A stretch of DNA of 32,724 bases from an uncultured virus (IMG/VR IMGVR_UViG_3300048503_000069) (lineage: Duplodnaviria; Heunggongvirae; Uroviricota; Caudoviricetes). The stretch lies in IMG/VR virus record IMGVR_UViG_3300048503_000069, one strand, 5' to 3'. The notes under the pieces are model-generated. The model had not been told where the DNA came from. It worked only from the letters and a program-made list of their open reading frames with translations, and ran no database searches. The position numbers were made by a program, and so were the translations under genes. Numbering within the stretch: the stretch's first letter is position 1; every line of letters starts with the position of its first letter. Below, piece by piece: positions 8,917 through 18,194 of this stretch.

Positions 8917-9410
8917 GCAGCTCAGGAATTCTAGTTAAACGCCACGCAGGCTATGATTTGCGCTTATTACTCGTAAACGTACTCATGAACGACCCGACGC
9001 TCACAACGGCAACATACGAAGACGAGCACGGTAATAACATTAAAGTTAGAATTTACGACACCGTACCACCGGGCGTAAAGAAACCATATATTGCTATCGG
9101 TAAAGCGGCGATTAACATTGATGAGCGTCAGACGAAAGACCTCTTCATTGATAAATATCTCGTCGAGATTGACATATTCACGCACTACGGCGGGAAAAAA
9201 CAGGTTTCCGAGATAATGAATGATGTTATTTTTGCGCTATCGTCGGCGTGGGCGAGTGACCCTCAACAGCTACAATTCCCCGAAGAGAGCCCCTTCTTAA
9301 TCGGAACATTTGAAATCGGTGTGCGCGGCGAGGACGTTAGCGTATGGGGCGCGAAAGAAGCAGAACACGACGTCCTAACGTGCAACGTACAGGTCGCGCA
9401 GGTACTATAA
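8913..9410 (+). CDS. Tail terminator/completion protein (DUF3168 / SPP1 gp17-like)
   Basis: IYDTVPPGVKKPYIAIG, IDIFTHYGGKKQVSEIMNDVIFAL. Confidence 0.85.
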   Translation: MSSSGILVKRHAGYDLRLLLVNVLMNDPTLTTATYEDEHGNNIKVRIYDTVPPGVKKPYIAIGKAAINIDERQTKDLFIDKYLVEIDIFTHYGGKKQVSEIMNDVIFALSSAWASDPQQLQFPEESPFLIGTFEIGVRGEDVSVWGAKEAEHDVLTCNVQVAQVL

Positions 9411-9427
9411 AATTAATCGAGGTTATG

Positions 9428-9889
9428 ATGGAAGAAAAGAAGAACGAAATTAAAGAACAGGTCGTGCTTGCGGCCGCAGAAAAGGCAACGGTCGAGGCAA
9501 TACCAGTAGAGTCTAAAAACGTGTCTTCCACAGTGCGCGACTTAGCGAAGACTCTACGTGATAGATTAACAGGTGTTAATATCATCGTTAACCCGTCGGA
9601 GAAAAAGTATCCCTACGTAGAAATCGGAGACGACTTCGGCGAGTGTGAGTTATCATTTGAAAAAGTAGCAAATACGCAGGTAAGGCTGCATTGCTACGTA
9701 GAAAAAGGATATGATAGCGAACGCCGCGCAAGAGCGTTCTCTCAGCGCGTGCTTAAAGTAGTGGCTGATGAGTATCGTCTCGGCGCTACGCGCGTTAAAA
9801 CAACTTTTTCACAACATACTGAACATAGCGAAGGTGGCGCGCGATACGTGACGTTATGCCTCACCGTCATGCGAGCCCCGAACGCTTAG
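9428..9889 (+). CDS. Second, divergent DUF3168-like protein
   Basis: KYPYVEIGD...VRLHCY...G.DSERRARAFSQRVLKVV; RBS GAGGT before ATG 9425/9428. Confidence 0.55.
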   Translation: MEEKKNEIKEQVVLAAAEKATVEAIPVESKNVSSTVRDLAKTLRDRLTGVNIIVNPSEKKYPYVEIGDDFGECELSFEKVANTQVRLHCYVEKGYDSERRARAFSQRVLKVVADEYRLGATRVKTTFSQHTEHSEGGARYVTLCLTVMRAPNA

Positions 9890-9919
9890 AATTTAAAATA
9901 AATTATAGGAGATTAGAAG

Positions 9920-10426
9920 ATGACTATTAGTAAAAGCACTGCGTCCGGTTTTCTAAATGGGCGTTTTACTCGATTCTTCGTCGATACGAGCGGTTCAAAT
10001 ACCGGCGTGCCGTCGTGGACAATAGTCGGCGGTGAGTTGACCGGCAAGTGGACAATCGACCCACAGCTCGAGGATTATACAACCAAAGACGCAGACGCAA
10101 TCGTTTACTACCCAACCCGATATAAGTGGAACGGCAGTTTTGATACAAATTATCTAGACGACGACACTGGTCAAGAGATGTGCCGAGACGTTATTCTCTC
10201 GGTAGGGCAGTCCGCACCAATCGGTAAAGCACCCGGCCCAGTTGTAAGAGTTGGTTGGAGAATTCAAGAGGATATACAGGGCGTTACGCCTTCGACGCAA
10301 GCACATATGGTCGGACTCGTAGCGCTGAAAGTCGATTACCAGATGGACGACGCTAAGATGGGTAAAATGACGATTACCTTCACCGGCAGCGGCGCAATCG
10401 ACCTCGCGACAGACCCGGGTACATAA
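9920..10426 (+). CDS. Major tail (tube) protein, TP901-1-like
   Basis: NGRFTRFFVD...WTIVGG...EDYTTKD...KWNGSFD...ITFTGSGAI; RBS AGGAG. Confidence 0.8.
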   Translation: MTISKSTASGFLNGRFTRFFVDTSGSNTGVPSWTIVGGELTGKWTIDPQLEDYTTKDADAIVYYPTRYKWNGSFDTNYLDDDTGQEMCRDVILSVGQSAPIGKAPGPVVRVGWRIQEDIQGVTPSTQAHMVGLVALKVDYQMDDAKMGKMTITFTGSGAIDLATDPGT

Positions 10427-10443
10427 TCTGGTGGTGAAGAAGC

Positions 10444-10842
10444 GTGACTGTAACATATACAAACAACTCAGTTCAAGCGATTAACACGACGTGGAACTCA
10501 GACGCGACGCTCGTGGGGCTTACACCAACACTAACAAACGCGTGCCACACCGGCGGCAGCGCGGGTGATAGCTTCACTAACACAGGTCGCGAGTTTATCT
10601 ATATCACGAATGGCGCGTCTTCAGAAGCGCTTACCGTGACGGTAAACGACCAATCGGCCTGCGACCACGGATTCGACCACAATGTTATCGCAAACATCGC
10701 ACCGAACACGGGGCGGATGCTCGGCCCATTCCCGGTTAACTGGTTTACGGCTACAGCGTTAGTCACGTATACCGGCGATGTAACGGGAACCCCTGAAATA
10801 AGCGTAATACAACTACCGCAAACCTCACCATTCCCCGAGTGA
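10444..10842 (+). CDS. Putative tail-associated structural protein
   Basis: GTG start after GGTGGTGA; GDSFTNTGREFIYITNG...TVTV...GRMLGPFP beta-rich pattern; follows the tube gene. Confidence 0.55.
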   Translation: MTVTYTNNSVQAINTTWNSDATLVGLTPTLTNACHTGGSAGDSFTNTGREFIYITNGASSEALTVTVNDQSACDHGFDHNVIANIAPNTGRMLGPFPVNWFTATALVTYTGDVTGTPEISVIQLPQTSPFPE

Positions 10843-10853
10843 GCTAAAACGAA

Positions 10854-10893
10854 GCGCGCACGAGTGACAGAAAGTGTCTCGATGAGTGCGCGT
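10854..10893 (+). terminator. Intergenic stem-loop after the tail tube block
   Basis: GCGCGCAC/GTGCGCGT outer stem, GACA-GAAAG-TGTC inner stem, followed by TCTTTCTT. Confidence 0.45.
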
Positions 10894-10932
10894 GAGTCTT
10901 TCTTGTTACCCAATAGGAGGTACAAAAAGAAA

Positions 10933-11385
10933 ATGAAGTTAAAGAATCCGCAACGCGGCTTTATCGAATTAGACATAGATAAAGATAGAGAGTTTCTAGA
11001 CTTACCAGAAGACGAACCGATATATCTAAAATACACTTATAATGCAATCTCATTAGCTGACCGTCAGTTAAAGAAAGCAAGCGGCGCTAGTATGATGCTA
11101 CTCTTAACTAATCCGAGGTCGATAACGACCGACGACTTACGAATCCTACTCGCTGAAGGGTTACGGCATCAATTTCCGGGTATCTCTATCGACGTATGTG
11201 GCGATATTCTCGAGCACGAGAAATTCTTTAAGATACTCCCGAAGATTATCGAGGCCGCTAGTATCATTATGGAAGAGTGGTTCGATGGCGACGCAGCAGC
11301 GGATATTAAAAATATGCGCGTGCGTGCAGTTGCCGTAAGTGGTAAGGAAGACCCCGCTGAAGCGGTGGGGGAACCAAAAAACTAG
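10933..11385 (+). CDS. Tail assembly chaperone (gpG-like)
   Basis: LKYTYNAI...DDLRILLAEGLRH; ends EPKN at a slippery site; RBS AGGAGGT favours ATG 10933. Confidence 0.85.
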   Translation: MKLKNPQRGFIELDIDKDREFLDLPEDEPIYLKYTYNAISLADRQLKKASGASMMLLLTNPRSITTDDLRILLAEGLRHQFPGISIDVCGDILEHEKFFKILPKIIEAASIIMEEWFDGDAAADIKNMRVRAVAVSGKEDPAEAVGEPKN

Positions 11386-11912
11386 AATACGACTTTAAAG
11401 CGCTACTAAAGATAGCTACGGGGCCGCTAAACCTAACTCCCGAGCAGTTTTGGGAGTTATGCCCGTTTGAGTTTCAGCTACTCTATGATGGCTACGAGTT
11501 TCGAAGAAGAGAAACCGAATATCGTACCGCGTGGGCGTTAGCGAACGTACTCAATGCGTGGAAAGGTAAAGACGATAAGGCGATAAAAGTCTCTACGTTG
11601 CTACCGTGGGCGAAAGAAGACGAATTAGAGCGCGAAGAAAACTTAGACCGTGAGGAAATAAAGCGTCGTAAGAAATCGCTTAAATCACGTAAATCTAGTA
11701 AACCTCGAGATTTACCTAAACAAAAAAGCATCGACGAATTAGTTGATACATATCTCATAACGGCCGGTAAGAAAAAGGAAGACCTAACACCGGAAGAACT
11801 CGCAGAAATTCGCGTGAATGCGATAAATCAATCAGTCGCGAATGAAGTAGACGCGCCGGGTCTTAGACTCTTTAGAAAAGCGCCGAAGGAATGGTGTAAC
11901 TTTCCCGATTAG
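11376..11912 (+). CDS. gpT-like -1 frameshift extension of the tail chaperone (gpGT)
   Basis: A-AAA-AAC at 11376-11382 just before TAG. The -1 frame is open to 11912 and reads LEYDFKALLKIATGPLNLTPEQFWELCPFEF..., a typical gpT motif. The listed 11598 ORF is its 3' part. Confidence 0.88.
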   Translation, partial: KKLEYDFKALLKIATGPLNLTPEQFWELCPFEFQLLYDGYEFRRRETEYRTAWALANVLNAWKGKDDKAIKVSTLLPWAKEDELEREENLDREEIKRRKKSLKSRKSSKPRDLPKQKSIDELVDTYLITAGKKKEDLTPEELAEIRVNAINQSVANEVDAPGLRLFRKAPKEWCNFPD

Positions 11913-11919
11913 GTGAAAC

Positions 11920-12240
11920 GTGGTAAAGAAAGCTAAAGCGGTAAAACACGCCAAAGCACACGCTAAAGCACACGCAACCGCGAGTAAAACCGCTAAAGCA
12001 CATCATAAGACTACGGAAGCGGCACACCACAAAACCACAACGAAAACACACCATAAGACGACCGTAGAAGCACACCCACAAACAAAGACAAAAGCGAGCC
12101 ATCTATCAAAAAAATCGGGAGACACATCGACGAAACCGACGCTTCACGTTAAAATAAAGGTACAGAAACAGAAGAAACGCGCACCGACGAGCTTCGTCGC
12201 GAAAACAACGGCGCAAGCACGGCACATAGCTAAGTTTTAA
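11920..12240 (+). CDS. Lys/His/Thr/Ala-rich basic protein (histone H1-like composition)
   Basis: GTG start after AGGTGA; KAH repeats and three HHKTT repeats. Confidence 0.65.
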   Translation: MVKKAKAVKHAKAHAKAHATASKTAKAHHKTTEAAHHKTTTKTHHKTTVEAHPQTKTKASHLSKKSGDTSTKPTLHVKIKVQKQKKRAPTSFVAKTTAQARHIAKF

Positions 12241-12252
12241 AGAAAGGTAAAC

Positions 12253-15200
12253 ATGGCAAGTCTCGGCGAATTGATGGTCATTATCACCGGCAACGCTGAT
12301 GGTTTAAAGGCCGCGTTAGCCGAAGGTAGCGAGTCGACAGAAGCGTTCGGCGGCGAAATGGACGCGGCTGGCGCTAGTGCAACTGGTTTCGCTGCGGGTA
12401 CTGGTGAAGCAGAAGCGTCGGCAACTGGTATGGCTGCCGGTATGGATGATGCGACCGCGAGTGCAGGAGAGCTAGAAGGTGGTTTAGGCGACGCTGCGGT
12501 AGCTGGTGGCGCTGCTGCTGGCGGATTAAAAGACACAGAAGCGGCAGCTACCGACGCGAAAGCGGGAATGAGCGACGCAGCTACCGAAGCTGGTGGCCTA
12601 GGTAGTGCGCTTACAAGCGCGGGTACGTTAGGTGCAGCAGGTATAGGTATCGCCACCGTTGCCGTTGCGGCGTTCGCTATTAAGTCCGGTGAAACCGTTG
12701 ATAATGCTTATTCTCAGATGGGAAAAGCAACTGGCTTACAGGGTACTCAACTTCAATCACTTGAGACGCAGTGGGGTAACGTTTATGCGAACGTTCCTGC
12801 AAGCGCGAGCACCGTAGCGACGGTTATTGATAAAGTAAATAACTCGCTTGGATTACAGGGTGACGCGTTAGGAAAAGCAACGCAAGATATTATTGATTAT
12901 AGTATTGCGACCGGAACCGACGCCACTAGCGATACCGACTCTTTTACGACCGGCTTAACAGAAGCGAATCGTGGGCTCCAAGCGATGCACGAGCCCCTTA
13001 TGACGACCGCGCAGTTATCTGATATGTCTACCGTAGCGTTTCAGAAGACCGGAAAGGGAATCCAAGATTGGGGGCCGGCGTTCGATAAAGCTACCGCGTC
13101 GATGACTGCGATGGGAATGTCTATTCCTCAGCAAGTCGCGGCTCTTTCTGCGTTCTCACAAGCTGGAATACCCGCTAGACAGTTAACTTCTTTATTACAG
13201 GGAATCGGCCCCGCCGCCGATAAAGCGGGAGAGAGTCAACAGGCGTTTTGGCAACACTTACTCGAAGATGGAAAGACGGGTGTTTATACTCAAGATGAGC
13301 TTAAGCTTCTCGGCAAGAACCAAGATAACTTCACCGCAGCGGTTAAGTCGGGGACTATCACTAATCAGGCGTATATAAGCTCTCTTCAGAATAGCGGTGG
13401 TGCGACTGAAAAAGCCGCCGAATCAAACGAGACGTTTGGCGAAGCGTTAACCGAGCTTGAAAATAAGTTAACATTAGCGTTTGCCCCGCTTGGGACTACT
13501 ATACTTACCATATTAAAGAACTTCATCGTCGCGTTAACGCCGGTAATTAGTTTTATTGGTCTTTTAGCGAAAGGCTTCGCGGCTCTACCTATGCCAATAC
13601 AAGCGGGTATGCTCGCTATAGGGCTTATAGCCGGTGGTGTCGCTGCTGCCGGACTCGCGCTTAAAATGTTTAATATTAATATTGGAGATATTATTACGAG
13701 CATCACGAAGCTAAAAGGTGCAGGTCTTAGCGATATAACTAATCAACTTAAAGAATTTGTTGGTTTAGGTGGTAGTGGTGCGGCTAAAGGCGTAGAGGCC
13801 GAAGCAGAGAGCGCCGTTGGCAGTGCAAGCTCGAAAAGACCGTGTCCGATAGACCCCGCGTGTTTTGATAAGTGTACTCAGAACGCGAAAGGCACGACGA
13901 GCGAACTAGAGAATATGCAGAATAAGGGGCAGGGCTTCGATAATCTTCTTCAAGACGCTACAGGAAAAACGTCGAATCTCGGTGATGTTATAGGTGACGC
14001 GTCTGGAGAAACGGGAGAGCTTGCCGCCGGTGCAGGTGACGTTGGCGAAGGATTAGCCGCCGCCGGTGAAGGTGGGGGGATTCTAAGCGGTATAATGGGT
14101 GCTCTTCCGGGGCCGCTCGCGGGAATTCTCGGTAGCGTAGGCGGAATAGGTGAAGGACTACTTGGTGGTGCCGGTGCGGCAGGGGGACTAACGGGTGGCT
14201 TAGGTGCTGCTGTAGCAGCGTCAGGGCCGTTAATACCAATAACCGGCGCTGTAGCTCTTGGTTTAGGTACAATGGCCGCTACGTCTGGAACGTTTAGAGG
14301 TATGCTCGGCGGTGCGGCTACTGCTGCTGGCGGCGTTATGACTCAAGTGCAGGGCATAGCTGGCGCGCTGATGAGCGGTAACTTCTCACAAGCAGGTCAA
14401 TTACTTCAACAGGGATTTCAAGGCGCGATAGACTCACTTAAGAACTTCGATTTCGGTGAGTGGGCCGCGCAGATGATTCAGTCGATTAAAGAATCCGTTG
14501 GTAATATCGGCGGAATGATTCTTAACGGGCTTTCTAGCTTATCTAACATAGCCGATACGATAATGAACTGGCTAAACGGCATTGATTGGAACAGCGTCGT
14601 AGATGGTCTTGTAAAAGCAATCACCGGCTTATTCGGCGGTGGTGGCGGTGGCGGTGGCAAGTCTGCTACGACTTCAGTAAGTACCGGAATGAATAAATCA
14701 CTCGTAGACGGCGCGACACAAGCAGCGCCTACGGTTTTAATGAAACTCGTGGGGGCGTTGGGGGGTCTCGCTGTTGCGTTATTATCGATATTCCCGAAGA
14801 TAGCGATGGCACTTGGTCAGGCGATTCTTAATTATTTAGTAACGCTCGATTGGGGAAGCATCGCGAATCAGCTATGGAGTGCGATACAGGGGGCTTTAGG
14901 AACGTTAGGCACGTGGGTGTGGGGTTTGCTCGTGCAGGTTCCGGGTCTTCTATGGCAGGGATTCACTTCAGCTCTAGGAACGTTAGGCACGTGGTTATGG
15001 GGACTGCTTACACCGATTCCGGGCGAATTATGGAACGCTTTCGTTAGCGCTATTGGAACGTTTGGAACATGGTTATGGGGTCTACTTTCACCGATTCCGG
15101 GTGAGTTATGGAATTCGGTAACGACACAGAACTGGGGACAGATAGGGCAAAACATTCTAACAGGCGTTGTAAGTATCGGTGGTAGCGTTTTAAGCGCCAT

Positions 15201-15729
15201 TACGGGTCAAGATTGGGGGCAGATAGGGCAGAATATCCTAAACGGCATCACGAGTTTAGGTGGACAGATGGGAAGCGCAATATCTGGTGCCGTAACGAGC
15301 GCGCTTTCGGGCGCGAATATCACGTTTACTATCCCGATTATTAATAAAACAGTCTCGTTTAACTTAGCCGAGGGTGCGTATATCGCAGCCCGTTCGGGCG
15401 GCGTTTTAGCGGTTATCGGTGAAGGTGGCGAAGATGAATACGTTATTCCCGCTTCGAAGATGGGCGACCCGACGGCTATATCGGGTCTACCGAGATTAGC
15501 AGGCGGAGCGCTAGTCACTGGGAGCGTTGGTAACACGAACGTTTCAAACGTTATGAGATTAAGCGCGGCTACACCGAGCACGAGCGCACAACAGAGCGGT
15601 GGCGATATGCACATTCATTTCGATGGCCCAATTCATACGGTATCTGTGCAAGAAGCGCGACAGTATGCGAAAATTGTCGGCAATGAATTCGATAGCTATC
15701 GACGTCGGAAAGGGCAGATGAGAGGTTAA
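12253..15729 (+). CDS. Tail tape measure protein
   Basis: N-terminal LGELMVIITGNADGLKAAL; minor-tail-type region (KATGLQGTQLQSL); Trp repeats; C-terminal LAEG...AVIGEGGEDEYVIP; follows the chaperones. Confidence 0.93.
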   Translation: MASLGELMVIITGNADGLKAALAEGSESTEAFGGEMDAAGASATGFAAGTGEAEASATGMAAGMDDATASAGELEGGLGDAAVAGGAAAGGLKDTEAAATDAKAGMSDAATEAGGLGSALTSAGTLGAAGIGIATVAVAAFAIKSGETVDNAYSQMGKATGLQGTQLQSLETQWGNVYANVPASASTVATVIDKVNNSLGLQGDALGKATQDIIDYSIATGTDATSDTDSFTTGLTEANRGLQAMHEPLMTTAQLSDMSTVAFQKTGKGIQDWGPAFDKATASMTAMGMSIPQQVAALSAFSQAGIPARQLTSLLQGIGPAADKAGESQQAFWQHLLEDGKTGVYTQDELKLLGKNQDNFTAAVKSGTITNQAYISSLQNSGGATEKAAESNETFGEALTELENKLTLAFAPLGTTILTILKNFIVALTPVISFIGLLAKGFAALPMPIQAGMLAIGLIAGGVAAAGLALKMFNINIGDIITSITKLKGAGLSDITNQLKEFVGLGGSGAAKGVEAEAESAVGSASSKRPCPIDPACFDKCTQNAKGTTSELENMQNKGQGFDNLLQDATGKTSNLGDVIGDASGETGELAAGAGDVGEGLAAAGEGGGILSGIMGALPGPLAGILGSVGGIGEGLLGGAGAAGGLTGGLGAAVAASGPLIPITGAVALGLGTMAATSGTFRGMLGGAATAAGGVMTQVQGIAGALMSGNFSQAGQLLQQGFQGAIDSLKNFDFGEWAAQMIQSIKESVGNIGGMILNGLSSLSNIADTIMNWLNGIDWNSVVDGLVKAITGLFGGGGGGGGKSATTSVSTGMNKSLVDGATQAAPTVLMKLVGALGGLAVALLSIFPKIAMALGQAILNYLVTLDWGSIANQLWSAIQGALGTLGTWVWGLLVQVPGLLWQGFTSALGTLGTWLWGLLTPIPGELWNAFVSAIGTFGTWLWGLLSPIPGELWNSVTTQNWGQIGQNILTGVVSIGGSVLSAITGQDWGQIGQNILNGITSLGGQMGSAISGAVTSALSGANITFTIPIINKTVSFNLAEGAYIAARSGGVLAVIGEGGEDEYVIPASKMGDPTAISGLPRLAGGALVTGSVGNTNVSNVMRLSAATPSTSAQQSGGDMHIHFDGPIHTVSVQEARQYAKIVGNEFDSYRRRKGQMRG
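14872..15290 (+). repeat. Trp-containing tape measure repeats (3 x 26 aa, then 2 x 27 aa)
   Basis: GGAACGTTAGGCACGTGG recurs at 78-nt spacing; WGQIGQNIL recurs at 81-nt spacing. Confidence 0.8.
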
Positions 15730-15730
15730 G

Positions 15731-17167
15731 ATGGGAAGCTCGCAGAAACTAACTTTCGCCGGTCAAGACATCACGCAAGCACCGTATAATGCAGTTATGA
15801 CGATGCAAGCGAAGTATTGGTGGTTAGACGGCTTCACGTCGACACAGTATCCGACAAGCGCCACTTCTTTAGTGAATTCTAAGACCTATCTAAAGGATTG
15901 GGTTATCACGATTTATCTAAGAATCATCTCTCCTGATATGACTCGCGCGACGATGCAATCAAGTTATAATGCGCTTGCACAGCTTTTTAATCCGCTAAAT
16001 GGTGACCAGCAGCTTATCTTCGATGAGTTTCCTCTATCGTATTTCATAGCGAAAGGTCAGAAGTTCGCTATAACGAAAGAGGATTCTGCGAAGCATATCA
16101 TAGAACTCGAAGTCGATTTTGCCTGCACCGGCCCACCGCGTAGCTTAAGCGAAACGGTCGTGTCGAAAAACATAGCAACCTCACCACAGAGTCTACCGAT
16201 TTTTTCATTAGGCGACGTGCAAAGTTCTCCACGGTATCGCTTCACGGCCGCGCAGGCATACACCGGAAACGTTACAATTAGTAATTCCGTCACGAATGAG
16301 CAAGTCATATGGAATGGTGCGCTTGCAGCAAACGACGTCCTAGATTTTATTATGGACGTTGACTACGGAACGCCTTATACAGTTTTACATAACGGCAATC
16401 TTTCTATTTCAACAATACAGGGGCCAGCGTGGCCTCATATACCACCTAACGATTCTAGAGTTTCATTAATGGGGCCACATAGCGGCACGTTTGAAATTCG
16501 GTGGCGCGATAGGTGGCTAGTTGGACAACAGTCGTTAGGCTTACCGACGAATATCTTATTAAGCGCTAATTACGGCACGCCGTCTCTAGGACAAAACGTT
16601 ACGTTTAACGTTCAGTTAAATAACACAATGGGGCCAATGTCGAAACCTATCATCGTTTATCATTATACCAATGGTCTTCGCGTTGATGATTTCACTGCGA
16701 CGACCGACGTAAACGGTCAGTATAGCCAGCCTCTTGAGATGGGCTTACCCGAAGACGCCGTTTATTATGCAGGATATAGCGGCGACGATAAATATTCTCC
16801 AAGCATTAGTAGCGCGGTAACGGTAATTACTCGAGCGAATTCGAGACTTACGTTCACTGTATCGCAGACTAACGTTCACGTAAACACAAATACGGTATTC
16901 TCCGGTCAGCTACAGTGGTGGAATCCGCTTAATAACGAATGGGAAACCGTACCTGTGCCGAACGAACCAATTCAATTATATTATTATCCTAAAAGCGGTG
17001 GCGCAACCGTTGGCCCAACTACCTTCTTCACAGACGTTAGTGGTAATTTTACGTTTAACGGAAATTGGAGTAAGATTATAGATAACGTCTATTACGTGTA
17101 CTTCCCGGGCGACGGCGTATATGGCGCGGCACAAAGTCAGAACATAGAAGTTAGTACTTATGCGTAG
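15731..17167 (+). CDS. Distal tail protein (Dit) with two C-terminal Ig-like domains
   Basis: Follows the TMP; LIFDEFP..YF.A, GDVQSSP, ITISN, P.IPPN.....IRWRDRW. Then two GQNVTF...TTDVNG...YYA.Y.GD..Y type Ig repeats. Confidence 0.8.
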   Translation: MGSSQKLTFAGQDITQAPYNAVMTMQAKYWWLDGFTSTQYPTSATSLVNSKTYLKDWVITIYLRIISPDMTRATMQSSYNALAQLFNPLNGDQQLIFDEFPLSYFIAKGQKFAITKEDSAKHIIELEVDFACTGPPRSLSETVVSKNIATSPQSLPIFSLGDVQSSPRYRFTAAQAYTGNVTISNSVTNEQVIWNGALAANDVLDFIMDVDYGTPYTVLHNGNLSISTIQGPAWPHIPPNDSRVSLMGPHSGTFEIRWRDRWLVGQQSLGLPTNILLSANYGTPSLGQNVTFNVQLNNTMGPMSKPIIVYHYTNGLRVDDFTATTDVNGQYSQPLEMGLPEDAVYYAGYSGDDKYSPSISSAVTVITRANSRLTFTVSQTNVHVNTNTVFSGQLQWWNPLNNEWETVPVPNEPIQLYYYPKSGGATVGPTTFFTDVSGNFTFNGNWSKIIDNVYYVYFPGDGVYGAAQSQNIEVSTYA

Positions 17168-17351
17168 TAACGAAAGCAAAGACGAGCCGGTTATTAAGCT
17201 CGTCGAAAAAAATAGAATGTTAGTAATTCCCGAAGCGTTTTACGCGGGGGGATTGTATCGAACACCCTTCGATTTAGGGGTGAAAGAGTGGGAGCGCGTG
17301 CATTATCTGTACGCCTCAGATATTGAAATACTTCAAGAAAAAGGAGAGTAA
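17160..17351 (+). CDS. Small hypothetical protein
   Basis: Overlaps the Dit stop and fills the gap to the next gene. Confidence 0.45.
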   Translation: MRSNESKDEPVIKLVEKNRMLVIPEAFYAGGLYRTPFDLGVKEWERVHYLYASDIEILQEKGE

Positions 17352-17356
17352 GTTAA

Positions 17357-17734
17357 ATGAGTTTAACTCAAACAGGATGGGCGTGCATCGCATCATCTCT
17401 TGTTAACGACGCCTCATATAACCCGTTTAATAATGCAAACGCGTTTCTAGGTGTTGGCGACTCGAGCAATGCGTTCGTAAACACGCAAACGGATTTGCAG
17501 GGTTCGAATAAAACGCGGCAGGGAATGAACGCGAACTATCCCTCGAGAGCGAGTAACGTAATAACGTTCCAAGCGACATTCGGAACAAGTCAGGCAAACT
17601 ATCAGTGGAACGAAGACGGTATTTTTAACGCTTCGTCTGGTGGACAGATGCTCACGAGAGCCGTGGAAACGCTCATCACGAAAACGAGCGCAGTCTCGGT
17701 GGTTTTCACTAAAACTTTAACGATACAATCTTAA
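17357..17734 (+). CDS. Small beta-rich virion protein (tail-collar/fibre-attachment-like fold)
   Basis: LGVGDS...TQTDL...YPSR..NVITFQATFGTSQANYQWNEDGIFNASSGGQMLTR; RBS AAGGAG. Confidence 0.7.
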   Translation: MSLTQTGWACIASSLVNDASYNPFNNANAFLGVGDSSNAFVNTQTDLQGSNKTRQGMNANYPSRASNVITFQATFGTSQANYQWNEDGIFNASSGGQMLTRAVETLITKTSAVSVVFTKTLTIQS

Positions 17735-17735
17735 A

Positions 17736-18182
17736 ATGAGTTATAGGCGCTTCTATAATCACAAGCGGCGTTATAAGAAAGAACGCAACGCGGAACTAGA
17801 ACAACACCACGCACATAGCGACACGTATTACATACGAAACCCCGAGCACGCGGCTAACGTCGCGACGCCGGAGGGCGTTAAGGAGTTTAACATCGATAAG
17901 GAGAACTTCTCTGACGGGGTGAATATGCGTTTTAAAGTGATAGAACCAACCGTTACGGTAAAGAACTACACTAGCGACTTACCGCCGGATAAACGGACTA
18001 TCTGCAAGACGTGTTTTCATAGTAAGAACCCGCGCGACATAAACGACGGGTTTTATAGGGTCTGGTGCAACGACGCGTTTAGGAAAGGCGGTAACGCAGA
18101 AAAACGCGAGCCCACTGATTCTAAATTTGTTAATAACGGCTGCCGTGATTGGCGACCTAAAAACGTAGATTGTATAGGTTAA
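17736..18182 (+). CDS. Hypothetical protein with C-terminal CxxC...C...CxxW metal-binding motif
   Basis: ICKTCFHS...VWC...GCRDW. Confidence 0.55.
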   Translation: MSYRRFYNHKRRYKKERNAELEQHHAHSDTYYIRNPEHAANVATPEGVKEFNIDKENFSDGVNMRFKVIEPTVTVKNYTSDLPPDKRTICKTCFHSKNPRDINDGFYRVWCNDAFRKGGNAEKREPTDSKFVNNGCRDWRPKNVDCIG

Positions 18183-18194
18183 GGAGAAAAGAAA

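Noticed and set aside
10854..10893. Box C/D or k-turn RNA (GATGA/GTGA)
   Set aside because: The required pairings beyond the GA pairs do not fit; kept only as a hairpin.
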